DNA of 64,000 bases from Pseudolabrys sp. (GCA_041662425.1 JBAZSM010000002.1:38159-102158); one strand, 5' to 3'. Shown: positions 1 to 8,776, counted from the stretch's first letter. Notes: generated from the letters alone by a model not told the origin. Program-made: numbers and translations.

Positions 1-228
1 CTTCAACAGCACCATGAGATGATAAATCAGATCGGCGGCTTCCGACACGAGCCGGCTCTTGTCTTCCTGCACGGCAGCCATGGCCGTCTCAAAGGCCTCC
101 TCGCCCATTTTCTTGGCACAGTGGGCGGCGCCCTTGTCGATCAGCGAACGCGTATAGGACTGCTCCACGGTCGCCCGCGATCGTTCGTCGATACGCTTTT
201 CCAGGTCGGCGAGGGTGAATTGGGTCAT
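1..228 (-). CDS. hisE: phosphoribosyl-ATP pyrophosphatase HisE (3' end runs off the window edge)
   Basis: Not in the ORF track. My minus-strand translation from the ATG at 226-228 gives MTQFTLADLEKRIDERSRATVEQSYTRSLIDKGAAHCAKKMGEEAFETAMAAVQEDKSRLVSEAADLIYHLMVLLK, which fits the HisE pattern (EAADLxYHLxVLL). Lies directly downstream of hisF. Confidence 0.8.
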   Translation of the reverse strand, partial: MTQFTLADLEKRIDERSRATVEQSYTRSLIDKGAAHCAKKMGEEAFETAMAAVQEDKSRLVSEAADLIYHLMVLLK

Positions 229-261
229 CGGACGTGTCCTTTAGCAGTTCTGACCATATCC

Positions 262-284
262 GTCATTCCGGGACCCGGAACGAC
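262..284. repeat. short palindromic REP-type hairpin (GTCATTCCGGG / CCCGGAACGAC)
   Basis: 10 of 11 bp inverted repeat between hisF and hisE. Same arm sequence as the longer elements at 1848, 34488 and 49663. Confidence 0.7.
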
Positions 285-292
285 CAATACCG

Positions 293-1069
293 TTATGGAT
301 CCAGCCGCATGGGCAGGCCGGCTTTGGCCATATAGAACTTCGCCTCGCGCACCGAATATTCGCCGAAATGAAAGATCGAGGCCGCCAGTACCGCAGTGGC
401 ATGACCGTCGCGAATGCCGGCGACCATGTGATCGAGATTGCCGACGCCGCCCGAGGCGATGACCGGCACGGGCACGGCGTCCGCCACGGCCTGCGTGAGC
501 GCGATGTCGAAACCCGATCGGGTGCCATCGCGGTCCATCGAGGTCAGCAGGATTTCACCGGCGCCAAGCGACACCACCTCGCGCGCATAATCGACGGCAT
601 CGAGGCCGGTCGGCTTGCGGCCGCCATGGGTGAAAATCTCCCAGCGCGCCGGCTCGCCATCCTTCGACACCTTCTTGGCGTCGATGGCGACCACGATGCA
701 TTGATCGCCGAATTTCTCGGCCGCTTCCTTGACGAAAGCACGCCGGGTCACCGCCGCGGTGTTGATCGACACCTTGTCGGCGCCGCAGGTCAGCAGCTTG
801 CGGATATCCTCGACCGTGCGCACGCCGCCGCCAACCGTCAGCGGCATAAAGCAGGCTTCCGCCGTCCGCGTTACGACGTCGTAGATGGTGTCGCGGTTTT
901 CGTGGCTCGCCGTGATGTCGAGAAAGCACAACTCGTCGGCGCCGGCAGCGTCATAGGCCACCGCGGCTTCGACCGGATCGCCGGCATCGCGCAGATTGAC
1001 GAAATTGACGCCCTTGACGACCCGGCCGTCCTTCACGTCGAGACAGGGAATGACGCGGACCTTGAACAT
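293..1069 (-). CDS. hisF: imidazole glycerol phosphate synthase cyclase subunit HisF
   Basis: 258 aa, [23 protein letters not shown]...[11 protein letters not shown]...; ATGA overlap with the hisA stop. Confidence 0.97.
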   Translation of the reverse strand: MFKVRVIPCLDVKDGRVVKGVNFVNLRDAGDPVEAAVAYDAAGADELCFLDITASHENRDTIYDVVTRTAEACFMPLTVGGGVRTVEDIRKLLTCGADKVSINTAAVTRRAFVKEAAEKFGDQCIVVAIDAKKVSKDGEPARWEIFTHGGRKPTGLDAVDYAREVVSLGAGEILLTSMDRDGTRSGFDIALTQAVADAVPVPVIASGGVGNLDHMVAGIRDGHATAVLAASIFHFGEYSVREAKFYMAKAGLPMRLDP

Positions 1070-1830
1070 CAGCGCTTGGCCTCGGCTTCGCCAAGCTTGG
1101 CCTCGGCGTCGCCAATGAGTCTCAGGGCTTCGGTTACGTCGAGCCGGCCATCGTAAATCGCGCGGCCGGCGATGGCGCCTTCAAGCTTGCGCGCGCGCGG
1201 CTCGAGCAGGGCGCGGATATCGTCCATCGACGCCAGGCCGCCCGAAGCGATCACGGGAATGGAAACTGCATCCGCCAGAGCAATCGTCGCGTCCCAATTG
1301 ATGCCCTTGAGCAAACCGTCACGCGCAATGTCGGTGTAGATGATTGCCGACACACCGGCGTCCTCGAAACGGCGCGCGATATCGAGCGCGGTCAGCTCCG
1401 ACGTTTCCGCCCAGCCCTGGACCGCGACCTTGCCGTCGCGTGCATCGAGGCCGACGGCGATGCGGCCATGATACTTCTTCGCGGCTTCTTTCACGAAGTC
1501 CGGATCGCGCACCGCGGCCGTCCCGATGATGACGCGATCGACGCCCTTGCCGAGCCAGCCCTCGACCGTCGCCATGTCGCGCACGCCGCCGCCGAGCTGC
1601 ACAGGAATGCCGATGGTTTCGAGAATGCGATCGACAGCGTCGGCGTTCACCGGCTTGCCGGCGAAGGCGCCATCGAGATCGACCATGTGCAGATAGTGAA
1701 AGCCCTGCACTTCGAAGGCGCGCGCCTGCGCCGCCGGATCGCGATGAAACACGGTGGCGCGCGACATATCGCCCTGCTCGAGCCGAACAGCGAGGCCTTC
1801 CTTCAGGTCGATGGCGGGGAACAGGATCAT
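1069..1830 (-). CDS. hisA: 1-(5-phosphoribosyl)-5-[(5-phosphoribosylamino)methylideneamino]imidazole-4-carboxamide isomerase HisA
   Basis: 253 aa, [22 protein letters not shown]...HMVDLDGA...; his operon context. Confidence 0.96.
   Translation of the reverse strand: MILFPAIDLKEGLAVRLEQGDMSRATVFHRDPAAQARAFEVQGFHYLHMVDLDGAFAGKPVNADAVDRILETIGIPVQLGGGVRDMATVEGWLGKGVDRVIIGTAAVRDPDFVKEAAKKYHGRIAVGLDARDGKVAVQGWAETSELTALDIARRFEDAGVSAIIYTDIARDGLLKGINWDATIALADAVSIPVIASGGLASMDDIRALLEPRARKLEGAIAGRAIYDGRLDVTEALRLIGDAEAKLGEAEAKR
1074..1115. repeat. 21-bp in-frame tandem duplication at the hisA 3' end
   Basis: GCTTGGCCTCGGCTTCGCCAA (1074-1094) is followed by GCTTGGCCTCGGCGTCGCCAA (1095-1115), with 1 mismatch. 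Encodes the [11 protein letters not shown] tail of HisA. Confidence 0.85.
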
Positions 1831-1847
1831 GGCTTCAACTCGCTGCC

Positions 1848-1935
1848 GCCATTCCGGGCGCCTTGCGCGGCGGGGCGATCCGGACTCCAGCGCTGGATTC
1901 CGGGTTCGCGAGTTGCAGGCACGCCCCGGAATGAC
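1848..1935. repeat. REP-type composite palindromic element (family 1)
   Basis: Outer arms are GCCATTCCGGGCG and CGCCCCGGAATGAC. Inner arms are CCGGACTCCAG and CTGGATTCCGG. Intergenic between hisA and hisH. Confidence 0.75.
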
Positions 1936-1948
1936 GGAGTATTTTGCA

Positions 1949-2599
1949 TCACGGCTTCCATTTCAAAAAATTCGCGATCAGCCGCAGGCCAAGCTTCTGG
2001 CTCTTCTCGGGATGAAACTGCGTCCCGACCATGTTGTCGCGGCCAACGATGGCGGTGAGTGGTCCGCCGTAATCCGCCTGCGCGACCAGATCGGACTGAT
2101 GCGCCGGCTTGAGTTCATACGAGTGGACGAAATACGCATGCAGGCCGTCCGGCCCCAGGGGAATTTCGTCGAGCAACGGATGCATTTTTTTTAAGTCGAG
2201 CGTGTTCCAGCCCATGTGCGGGATCTTCAGGTCCGGATCGGATGGCGCGATCCTGTCGACCTCGCCGGCGATCCAGCCAAGCCCGGGCGTCACCTGATAT
2301 TCGCGGCCGCGCTCGGCCATCAGTTGCATGCCGACGCAGATGCCGAAGAACGGCCGCCCGTTCTTGAGAACCGTCTGCTCAAGCGCGTGGATCATGCCCG
2401 GCACGCTTTCGAGGCCGCGCTTGCAATCGGCAAAGGCGCCAACGCCGGGCAGTACGACGCGGTCGGCGTTCGCGACATCGTCCGGATTTGACGTGACGAG
2501 GATCGGCTGGTCATGCCCGGTCTCACGCGCCGCGCGCTCGAAGGCTTTGGCCGCCGAGTGCAGATTGCCGGAACCGTAATCAACGATAGCGACGCTCAT
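1949..2599 (-). CDS. hisH: imidazole glycerol phosphate synthase glutaminase subunit HisH
   Basis: ORF 1949-2749. I chose the internal start [21 protein letters not shown] (ATG at 2597-2599) because that is where HisH-like sequence begins, and it makes a 4-nt overlap with the upstream gene stop. GICVGMQ and FHPEKS motifs present. Confidence 0.93.
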   Translation of the reverse strand: MSVAIVDYGSGNLHSAAKAFERAARETGHDQPILVTSNPDDVANADRVVLPGVGAFADCKRGLESVPGMIHALEQTVLKNGRPFFGICVGMQLMAERGREYQVTPGLGWIAGEVDRIAPSDPDLKIPHMGWNTLDLKKMHPLLDEIPLGPDGLHAYFVHSYELKPAHQSDLVAQADYGGPLTAIVGRDNMVGTQFHPEKSQKLGLRLIANFLKWKP

Positions 2600-3120
2600 C
2601 GCGGCGACCCTGTCGACGAAACCCCCGGTTCGGGAAACAGGCCGATGACATCGTTCGGCGACGGCGGCCCGCGCCGCACCGGCGCGGAATAAACAGGCGC
2701 CGGCTCGGCCGGCGTGCCGACGTCGCGCAATGGCGCGCGTTGCGCCCAAGCGGCAAAGAAGCGCCGCTCAGCCATTTCTTCATCCTCGGCGACGACAAAG
2801 CCCAATGTCTTCCAGCCGCGCCGCTGCAAGGTCCAGCGCCGGATGATGGATGCTTCGAAGCCGATCACGAGCGCGAATATCAGCTCCGCGGCAATGCGCA
2901 TCGATGACGGCACATGAGCGAAGGCGAGGGCAAATTCGAGCGCCACCGAAATCACGATGTAGAGCAGCAGCGCCAGCCACAGCCGTTTGAACAGAAACCA
3001 CAACGGGGGCACCAGGAACGCCCAGAAATGGAATCCGTCGCGCACGAAGGCGAAGCGTTCCGGATTGGTAACGCTCTCGTTCTTCCGCAACGGCGGTTCA
3101 TGCACGGTGTATGTGGGCAT
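2596..3120 (-). CDS. DUF2628-type small membrane protein embedded in the his operon
   Basis: 174 aa, [11 protein letters not shown]...[34 protein letters not shown]; two hydrophobic helices. Position between hisB and hisH is typical of Rhizobiales. Confidence 0.8.
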   Translation of the reverse strand: MPTYTVHEPPLRKNESVTNPERFAFVRDGFHFWAFLVPPLWFLFKRLWLALLLYIVISVALEFALAFAHVPSSMRIAAELIFALVIGFEASIIRRWTLQRRGWKTLGFVVAEDEEMAERRFFAAWAQRAPLRDVGTPAEPAPVYSAPVRRGPPSPNDVIGLFPEPGVSSTGSPR

Positions 3121-3155
3121 CGGCTAATTACACACTCGCAGAATTTGAACTTGTC

Positions 3156-3234
3156 ATGGCCGGGCATGACCCGGCCATCCCGCTTATATTGGCACTGCGC
3201 CCCTTCTAGGGATCGCCGGGTCAGGCCCGGCGAT
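3156..3234. repeat. two copies of a 9-bp-stem hairpin repeat (family 2: ATsrCCGGG-N5-CCCGGyswT)
   Basis: ATGGCCGGG-catga-CCCGGCCAT at 3156-3178 and ATCGCCGGG-tcagg-CCCGGCGAT at 3212-3234. Further copies at 25374 and 51256. Confidence 0.75.
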
Positions 3235-3273
3235 GACAGCGGTTAGGCCGCGGCGTGCGGCCGCCTGCGCGCA

Positions 3274-3867
3274 TCAACCCCCCAGCGTTCCCTTGGTCGA
3301 GGGCACTTCGTCCTTGGTGCGCTCGTCGATCGCCACCGCCGTCCGCAGACAGCGCGCCAGGCCCTTGAAACACGACTCACTGATATGGTGATCGTTAGTT
3401 CCGTAGAGACATTCGACGTGCAGCGTCACGCCGGTGTTCATGGCGAAAGCCTGGAACCACTCCTGCACCAGTTCGGTGTCGAACGCGCCAACCTTGTCGC
3501 GCACGAACTCGGCCTTGAATACCAGGAACGGCCGCCCGGAAATGTCGAGCGCGACGCGGGTCAGCGTCTCATCCATCGGCATGTGCACGTCGGCATAGCG
3601 GCCGATGCCTTTCATGTCGCCGAGCGCCTGCTTCACGGCCTGACCGAGCGCGATGCCGACATCCTCCGTCGTGTGGTGGTGATCGATATGCAGATCGCCC
3701 ACCGCCTTCACGGTGATATCGATGCGCGAATGCCGCGCCAGAAGGTCGAGCATATGGTCGAGGAAGCCGATGCCGGTCGCGATCGTCGAACGGCCTTTGC
3801 CGTCGAGATCGACCGTGACCTCGACGTCGGTTTCCTTGGTCTTGCGCTTCACGGTGGCGGTGCGCAT
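3274..3867 (-). CDS. hisB: imidazoleglycerol-phosphate dehydratase HisB
   Basis: 197 aa, [23 protein letters not shown]...[16 protein letters not shown]... Confidence 0.97.
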   Translation of the reverse strand: MRTATVKRKTKETDVEVTVDLDGKGRSTIATGIGFLDHMLDLLARHSRIDITVKAVGDLHIDHHHTTEDVGIALGQAVKQALGDMKGIGRYADVHMPMDETLTRVALDISGRPFLVFKAEFVRDKVGAFDTELVQEWFQAFAMNTGVTLHVECLYGTNDHHISESCFKGLARCLRTAVAIDERTKDEVPSTKGTLGG

Positions 3868-3915
3868 GGCGGGCTAAGTCCTCGTTTCGCGGGCCTTTTA
3901 TCAGGGGTTGCGGGG

Positions 3916-4326
3916 TTACGCCACAGCGCCGGCGCCCCCGACACTCAGGACGGTCAGCGACCGCCGGGCGCCGGTAGGGGTCTCCCATTCGATCGATTGC
4001 CCCACCGACAGGCCGATCAGCGCCGCGCCCACTGGCGACAGGACCGACAGCTTGCCGTCATCAAGGTCCGCCTGGTCCGGATAAACGAGGTTGACCGTCC
4101 GCGACCGGCCGGTGGCGTCGTCGCGGAATTCCACCTCCGATCCCATGGCTACGACCCCGCGCAAAAGGAAGCCGGACGGCGCGATGGTCGCGCGCGCGAT
4201 CTCCCCGGCCAGGAAATCGGCGGTGCGCGACTGCGGTCTGGCGGCGGCGACCAGACGCTCGAGGCGGTCGAAATCCATTCCACTGACGATGATCGGCGGC
4301 AGTTCCTTGCGCAGCATTGATGGCAT
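3916..4326 (-). CDS. rnk: nucleoside diphosphate kinase regulator / GreA-GreB C-terminal domain family protein
   Basis: ...LSVLSPVGAALIGLSVGQSIEWETPTG... matches the Rnk/GreA C-terminal pattern. Start ambiguous: 4326 or 4317 (ATG), or 4365 as in the ORF track. Confidence 0.8.
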   Translation of the reverse strand: MPSMLRKELPPIIVSGMDFDRLERLVAAARPQSRTADFLAGEIARATIAPSGFLLRGVVAMGSEVEFRDDATGRSRTVNLVYPDQADLDDGKLSVLSPVGAALIGLSVGQSIEWETPTGARRSLTVLSVGGAGAVA

Positions 4327-4649
4327 GAGAGCACTCCAGCGTTCCATGAGCCGCCTGCCACACACAGCGGCAGCGACGGCGGTCGCGCGCCACTGCCGGC
4401 GGACCGACGGTTAGCGACGATTGAATTTGGTGATTTGAGCGGAGGAAGAAGGTCGACAAGCCCGGGACGACAGACAGCCGTCGCCCGGGTTACCTGCCTG
4501 CGTGCAGATGACCGGCGCGCGAAAAACGGCGTGCAGTATGGCGCAACAGAGACCTCATGGTTCCGAATTTAGGATCGCACCGCGCATTGTCAACGCGGCG
4601 GATGGGCGCGACATCGTGCAACACCACAGCGCGGAGCGCGCCGGCGAGG

Positions 4650-4678
4650 TTTGCAAACCCGCCTAGGCATGCCTAGAT
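4650..4678 (+). promoter_or_regulatory. possible heat-shock (RpoH-type) promoter overlapping a 14-bp perfect palindrome, upstream of hslV
   Basis: TTTG-N18-CCTAGAT resembles the alphaproteobacterial sigma-32 pattern CTTG-N17/18-CYTATNT. CTAGGCATGCCTAG (4663-4676) is a perfect palindrome. hslVU is a classic heat-shock operon. Confidence 0.3.
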
Positions 4679-4703
4679 GACCGAAATTGCAGGGGTAAAG
4701 CGT

Positions 4704-5258
4704 ATGTCCTCCAATGAACTGCCGTCCTGGCATGGCACCACGATCCTCACCGTGCGCAAGGGCGGCACCGTGGTGATCGGCGGCGACGGCCAGGTCTCGA
4801 TCGGCCAGACCATCGTCAAGGCTAATGCCAAAAAGGTCCGTAAACTGGGCAAAGGTGAGGTCATCGGCGGCTTCGCCGGCGCCACCGCCGACGCATTTAC
4901 CCTGTTCGAGCGGCTGGAATCCAAGCTCGAGCAGTATCCCGGGCAGCTGCTGCGCGCCGCGGTTGAGCTGGCCAAGGACTGGCGGACCGACCGCTATCTG
5001 CGCCGCCTCGAGGCCATGATGATCGTCGCCGATACCAGCGTGTCGCTGGTGCTGACCGGCAATGGCGACGTGCTGGAACCGGAGGCCGGCGTCGCCGGCA
5101 TCGGGTCGGGCGGCAATTATGCGCTCGCCGCCGCCCGCGCACTGCTCGACACCGACGCCGACGCCGACGCCATTGTCCGCAAGTCGCTCGATATCGCCGC
5201 CGACATCTGCGTCTATACCAATCGCAACGTCACGATCGAAAGCCTGAAATCGGCATGA
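4704..5258 (+). CDS. hslV: ATP-dependent protease subunit HslV
   Basis: ...[28 protein letters not shown]... The ATG at 4704 is preceded by AGGGG. The ORF-track start 4677 falls inside the promoter-like palindrome. Confidence 0.95.
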   Translation: MSSNELPSWHGTTILTVRKGGTVVIGGDGQVSIGQTIVKANAKKVRKLGKGEVIGGFAGATADAFTLFERLESKLEQYPGQLLRAAVELAKDWRTDRYLRRLEAMMIVADTSVSLVLTGNGDVLEPEAGVAGIGSGGNYALAAARALLDTDADADAIVRKSLDIAADICVYTNRNVTIESLKSA

Positions 5259-5830
5259 CCGGCGCGGCGCGCCACACGCTGCGCAACTGTGTTATTGTCG
5301 CGGCGGCGCTGCTCGCGGTGCAGGCCGCGTTGCTGCTGGCAATGGGACGCGTGCCGATATGCACCTGCGGCACCGTCAAGTTCTGGCAAGGTCAGGTGCA
5401 AAGCTCAGAGAACTCGCAGCACATCCTCGACTGGTACTCATTCTCCCACATCATTCACGGCTTCATCTTCTACTTTCTGACATGGCTGATCCTGCCGAAA
5501 GCGCCGCTCTGGGTTCGCTTCACCATTGCGGTGGCAGTCGAAGGCGGATGGGAAATTCTCGAGAACTCCCCGTTCATCATCGAGCGGTATCGGGCGGCGA
5601 CCATCTCTCTGCAATATTACGGCGACAGCGTGATCAACTCCGTATCCGACACGATGGCCATGATCGCCGGGTTTGTGCTGGCGCGGCGCCTCCCTATATT
5701 TCTGGTGATCGGTTCGGCTATCGTGATGGAATTGGGCGTCGGCTACATCATTCGCGACAATCTCACGCTCAATATTCTCATGCTGATCTATCCGGTCGAC
5801 GCCGTCCGGGCCTGGCAGGGCGGCGGTTGA
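5255..5830 (+). CDS. UPF0314/DUF2585 family membrane protein
   Basis: 191 aa, multi-TM, ...[21 protein letters not shown]...[18 protein letters not shown]... ATGA overlap with hslV. The hslV-UPF0314-hslU arrangement is typical of Rhizobiales. Confidence 0.85.
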   Translation: MTGAARHTLRNCVIVAAALLAVQAALLLAMGRVPICTCGTVKFWQGQVQSSENSQHILDWYSFSHIIHGFIFYFLTWLILPKAPLWVRFTIAVAVEGGWEILENSPFIIERYRAATISLQYYGDSVINSVSDTMAMIAGFVLARRLPIFLVIGSAIVMELGVGYIIRDNLTLNILMLIYPVDAVRAWQGGG

Positions 5831-5851
5831 CCATCAGGTGACAAGATAAAC

Positions 5852-7159
5852 ATGACCGACTTCTCCCCGCGCGAAATCGTTTCCGAGCTCGACCGCTATA
5901 TCGTCGGCCAGCACGACGCCAAGCGCGCCGTCGCCATCGCGCTGCGCAATCGCTGGCGCCGCCTGCAGCTCGACGACAAACTGCGCGAGGAAGTGCTGCC
6001 GAAGAACATCCTGATGATCGGGCCGACCGGCGTCGGCAAGACCGAGATTTCACGTCGTCTTGCCAAACTGGCCGGCGCCCCGTTTCTGAAAGTCGAAGCC
6101 ACGAAGTTCACCGAGGTCGGTTACGTCGGCCGCGATGTCGAACAGATCGTACGCGACCTGGTCGAGATCGCGATTGCGCTGACCCGCGACAAGAAGCGCA
6201 AGGACGTGCAGGCGCGCGCCGAACTCGCCGCCGAGGAGCGCGTGCTCGATGCACTGGTCGGCCCCGGCTCCGGCCCGTCGACGCGCGAAAGCTTTCGCCG
6301 CAAGCTGCGCAGCGGCGAGCTCAACGACAAGGAAATCGAGATCGACGTGCAGGCCGGCAGCCAAGGCATGCCGATGTTTGAGATTCCCGGCATGCCGGGC
6401 GCGCAGATGGGCGCCATCAATATCGGCGATATCTTCGGCAAAATGGGCGGCGGCCGCACCAAGACACGCCGCGTTACGGTCGATGAATCGCACGGCATTC
6501 TGCTCAACGAGGAATCCGACAAGCTTCTGGACAGCGAACAGCTTACGCAGGAAGCAATCCGCGCCACGGAACAGAATGGCATCGTCTTCCTCGACGAGAT
6601 CGACAAGATCGCCGGTCGCGAAGGCCGCTCCGGCGCCGATGTGTCGCGCGAAGGCGTGCAGCGCGACCTTCTGCCGCTGATCGAAGGCACCACGGTCAAC
6701 ACCAAACATGGGCCGGTGAAGACCGACCACATTCTGTTCATCGCCTCCGGTGCGTTTCACATCTCAAAGCCGTCGGATCTGTTGCCCGAGCTGCAAGGCC
6801 GCCTGCCGATCCGCGTCGAATTGAAGGCGCTGTCGCGGGACGACTTCCGCCGCATCCTCACCGAGCCGGAGGCGTCGCTGATCAAGCAATACATTGCCTT
6901 GCTCGCCACTGAAGGCGTCACTCTCGATTTTTCCGAGGATGCGATCGACGCCATCGCCAATATCGCCGTCTCGGTGAACGGCTCGATCGAGAATATCGGC
7001 GCGCGCCGCTTGCAGACGGTGATGGAGCGTATCCTCGACGACATCTCGTTCGCGGCGACCGATCGCGCCGGCGAAACGGTGCGCGTCGACGCCGCCTATG
7101 TCGAAAAGCACATCGGCGATCTGGCGAAGAACACCGATCTATCCCGGTTCATCCTGTAG
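5852..7159 (+). CDS. hslU: ATP-dependent protease ATPase subunit HslU
   Basis: 435 aa, [37 protein letters not shown]...[17 protein letters not shown]... Confidence 0.98.
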   Translation: MTDFSPREIVSELDRYIVGQHDAKRAVAIALRNRWRRLQLDDKLREEVLPKNILMIGPTGVGKTEISRRLAKLAGAPFLKVEATKFTEVGYVGRDVEQIVRDLVEIAIALTRDKKRKDVQARAELAAEERVLDALVGPGSGPSTRESFRRKLRSGELNDKEIEIDVQAGSQGMPMFEIPGMPGAQMGAINIGDIFGKMGGGRTKTRRVTVDESHGILLNEESDKLLDSEQLTQEAIRATEQNGIVFLDEIDKIAGREGRSGADVSREGVQRDLLPLIEGTTVNTKHGPVKTDHILFIASGAFHISKPSDLLPELQGRLPIRVELKALSRDDFRRILTEPEASLIKQYIALLATEGVTLDFSEDAIDAIANIAVSVNGSIENIGARRLQTVMERILDDISFAATDRAGETVRVDAAYVEKHIGDLAKNTDLSRFIL

Positions 7160-7255
7160 TTCCGCCCAAGCAATCGGCCCAAACAAATCGGCCAAAGCCT
7201 CTAGCAAGACGCCGGCGACCATCGTATCGCCACCCCGTGCCCCGGGGGCGACGCC

Positions 7256-7276
7256 GCGGTGCAGCGTGCCGCTTTT
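7256..7276 (+). terminator. possible intrinsic terminator after hslU
   Basis: GCGGTGC-agc-GTGCCGC (7-bp stem including 2 G:U pairs) followed by TTTTAT. Confidence 0.4.
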
Positions 7277-7358
7277 ATCGTTACAATTATTGGTTGAGCC
7301 GTCACCCGGCATTTACAACGGACCGCGTAGGAATAAATATTCGCCGAGGAGCGCAGGC

Positions 7359-8084
7359 ATGGCCGCGGGCAGCCGGGGCAAGACGGACCCCGATAAGACG
7401 AGTGTGCACACCGCGCCCGGCGCGCATCTTCGCGCCGAGCTTCGGCGTTTAGGTCTCGACCAGGTCGCCGTCAGCAAGGCGACCGGCGTGTCGCGTCAAT
7501 CGGTCAACAACATCATCAACGGGCGTCAGGCGATCTCGCGCGCCATGGCCGGCAAGCTCGGGCGATTGACCGGGCACAGCTCGGATTACTGGCTGAGCGA
7601 AGGGTTCGGCGAGACCGGCGGCCCTGCGCACGCGGCCATGACCGGGCTTCTCGTCGATCATCAGATCGCGCGCGCGGTTCGGGACGGCGTGATCGTCATA
7701 AGGCCCATGATTATGGAGCATTTGCGCCCGGCGTCGCTGGATTTGACTCTCGGCCGCCACGTGCTCGTGGGCAGCGAGGCGATCGATCTGATGCGCAAGA
7801 AACCGGTCGCGCTCAAGCCGGGCTGCGCGCTTTTCGCGTCCACCGCCGAAGAAGTCGAATTGCCGCTGGACTATCTCGGCCGTCTCGGCGGCGTCGCCCG
7901 GCTGGTCGCCCACGGGCTAATCCTCTCGAGCCCGCTTCAGGTCGAGCCGGGCTTCAGGGGCCCGCTGCAATTCGCAATGTTCAACGCCGGCGCTGCGCCA
8001 TTTGCGCTGCGCCACGGTGACGCGGTCGTGACGCTGGAGATTTTACGGCTTGCCGCGCGTGTCGATGCTGATCGCCGGCCTTAG
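7359..8084 (+). CDS. XRE/HigA-type helix-turn-helix protein fused to a dCTP deaminase/dUTPase-fold domain
   Basis: 241 aa from the ATG at 7359 (GAGGAG about 9 nt upstream). The ORF-track start 7098 overlaps hslU. N-terminal part: LRAELRRLGLDQVAVSKATGVSRQSVNNIINGRQAISRAMAGKLGRLTGHSSDYWL. C-terminal part: LLVDHQI..GVIVIRP...RPASLDLTLG...AEEVELPLDYLGRLGGVARL...VEPGFRGPLQFAMFNAG..FALRHGDAVVTLEILRL, which follows the Dcd motif order. Confidence 0.7.
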   Translation: MAAGSRGKTDPDKTSVHTAPGAHLRAELRRLGLDQVAVSKATGVSRQSVNNIINGRQAISRAMAGKLGRLTGHSSDYWLSEGFGETGGPAHAAMTGLLVDHQIARAVRDGVIVIRPMIMEHLRPASLDLTLGRHVLVGSEAIDLMRKKPVALKPGCALFASTAEEVELPLDYLGRLGGVARLVAHGLILSSPLQVEPGFRGPLQFAMFNAGAAPFALRHGDAVVTLEILRLAARVDADRRP

Positions 8085-8124
8085 GAATTCGTTCTGGCAG
8101 TGACAGGTCAGATATAATATTTTC

Positions 8125-8155
8125 TTGACACATGTAAAATGCAAAGCCCTATACT
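8125..8155 (+). promoter_or_regulatory. near-consensus sigma-70-type promoter
   Basis: TTGACA (8125-8130), N18, CTATAC (or N19 then TATACT), in the most AT-rich stretch of this region. A GATATAAT string also lies at 8111-8118. Confidence 0.5.
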
Positions 8156-8207
8156 CATGGTTGCGGTCGGCCAGGGGGGCCGATGGCGCCTGAGGGGGAG
8201 TGCCGAC

Positions 8208-8444
8208 ATGCGTGCGGGCAGGAAAAAACCGTTTGGGCCGTCCACCAATGGCGCTGGCGACCGGCTGTTACGGGATGAAATCGAAGCGGACGTTCTCGAA
8301 TTGTGGATCGGCGTATCGCGCCTGATGGCGCGGCTGAACGAGCCCGATCGGCCGTTCGCGAGCGTGCGCCGGGCGACGCGCTCGCGCCAATCGTCTTCCG
8401 GACGATCCGCGCCATCGGGGCGGCTCAGGCACAATCCTTCCTGA
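8208..8444 (+). CDS. hypothetical small protein (78 aa), orphan
   Basis: ATG at 8208 is preceded by GGGGGAG 7 nt upstream and by the promoter at 8125. MRAGRKKPFGPSTNGAGDRLLRDEIEADVLELWIGVSRLMARLNEPDRPF... GC3 by hand count is 57 of 78 codons, somewhat low for this genome. No family recognised. Confidence 0.4.
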   Translation: MRAGRKKPFGPSTNGAGDRLLRDEIEADVLELWIGVSRLMARLNEPDRPFASVRRATRSRQSSSGRSAPSGRLRHNPS

Positions 8445-8453
8445 AAGCCGCGT

Positions 8454-8738
8454 TTATTCCTTGATCGTCGTCGTCGGGTCGGTCAGCGCCACCGGATCGG
8501 ATGCCGGGAAGGTTTCCATAAGCCCTTCTTCCAGTTCACGCTCGGCGGCCACGTCCTTCGGCGACGGCTTCCTCGCCGCGGCTTTCTTCTTCGCCGGCTT
8601 GACCGATTTCTTGGCAGTTTTTTTGACTGCCTTCTTCGTCTTCTTGGTCTTCTTCAGCGCCGGCCGCCTGGCCGCTTTGGTTGATGGCTTCTTCTTTGAT
8701 TTTTTAGCCTTGGACTTCTTCCTGGTCTTTTTCGCCAT
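8454..8738 (-). CDS. lysine-rich histone-H1-like small protein with acidic C-terminal TFPASDP motif
   Basis: 94 aa from the ATG at 8736-8738 (GAGGGGA upstream). MAKKTRKKSKAKKSKKKPSTKAARRPALKKTKKTKKAVKKTAKKSVKPAKKKAAARKP...EEGLMETFPASDPVALTDPTTTIKE. The longer ORF-track start has no support. Confidence 0.65.
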   Translation of the reverse strand: MAKKTRKKSKAKKSKKKPSTKAARRPALKKTKKTKKAVKKTAKKSVKPAKKKAAARKPSPKDVAAERELEEGLMETFPASDPVALTDPTTTIKE

Positions 8739-8776
8739 GTTCGGTCCCCTCGACCTTGTTGCCGCCACGGCGCTGC

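Noticed and set aside
19-462. 147-aa plus-strand ORF at the window start
   Set aside because: It lies antisense to hisE and hisF, which have clear family signatures. Arg/Pro-rich shadow ORF typical of high-GC DNA.
7098-7358. N-terminal 87-codon extension of the HTH-Dcd ORF
   Set aside because: It overlaps the hslU 3' end and the terminator-like hairpin, has no RBS, and family-like sequence starts only after the ATG at 7359.
7160-7358. Possible HigB-type toxin gene upstream of the HigA-like HTH
   Set aside because: No ORF of suitable size or orientation exists in the 200-bp gap, so this is not a classical higBA module.
8108-8434. 108-aa and 86-aa minus-strand ORFs opposite the 78-aa orphan ORF
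   Set aside because: They have no start-site signals and run into the strong plus-strand promoter. The plus-strand ORF has the promoter and SD support.
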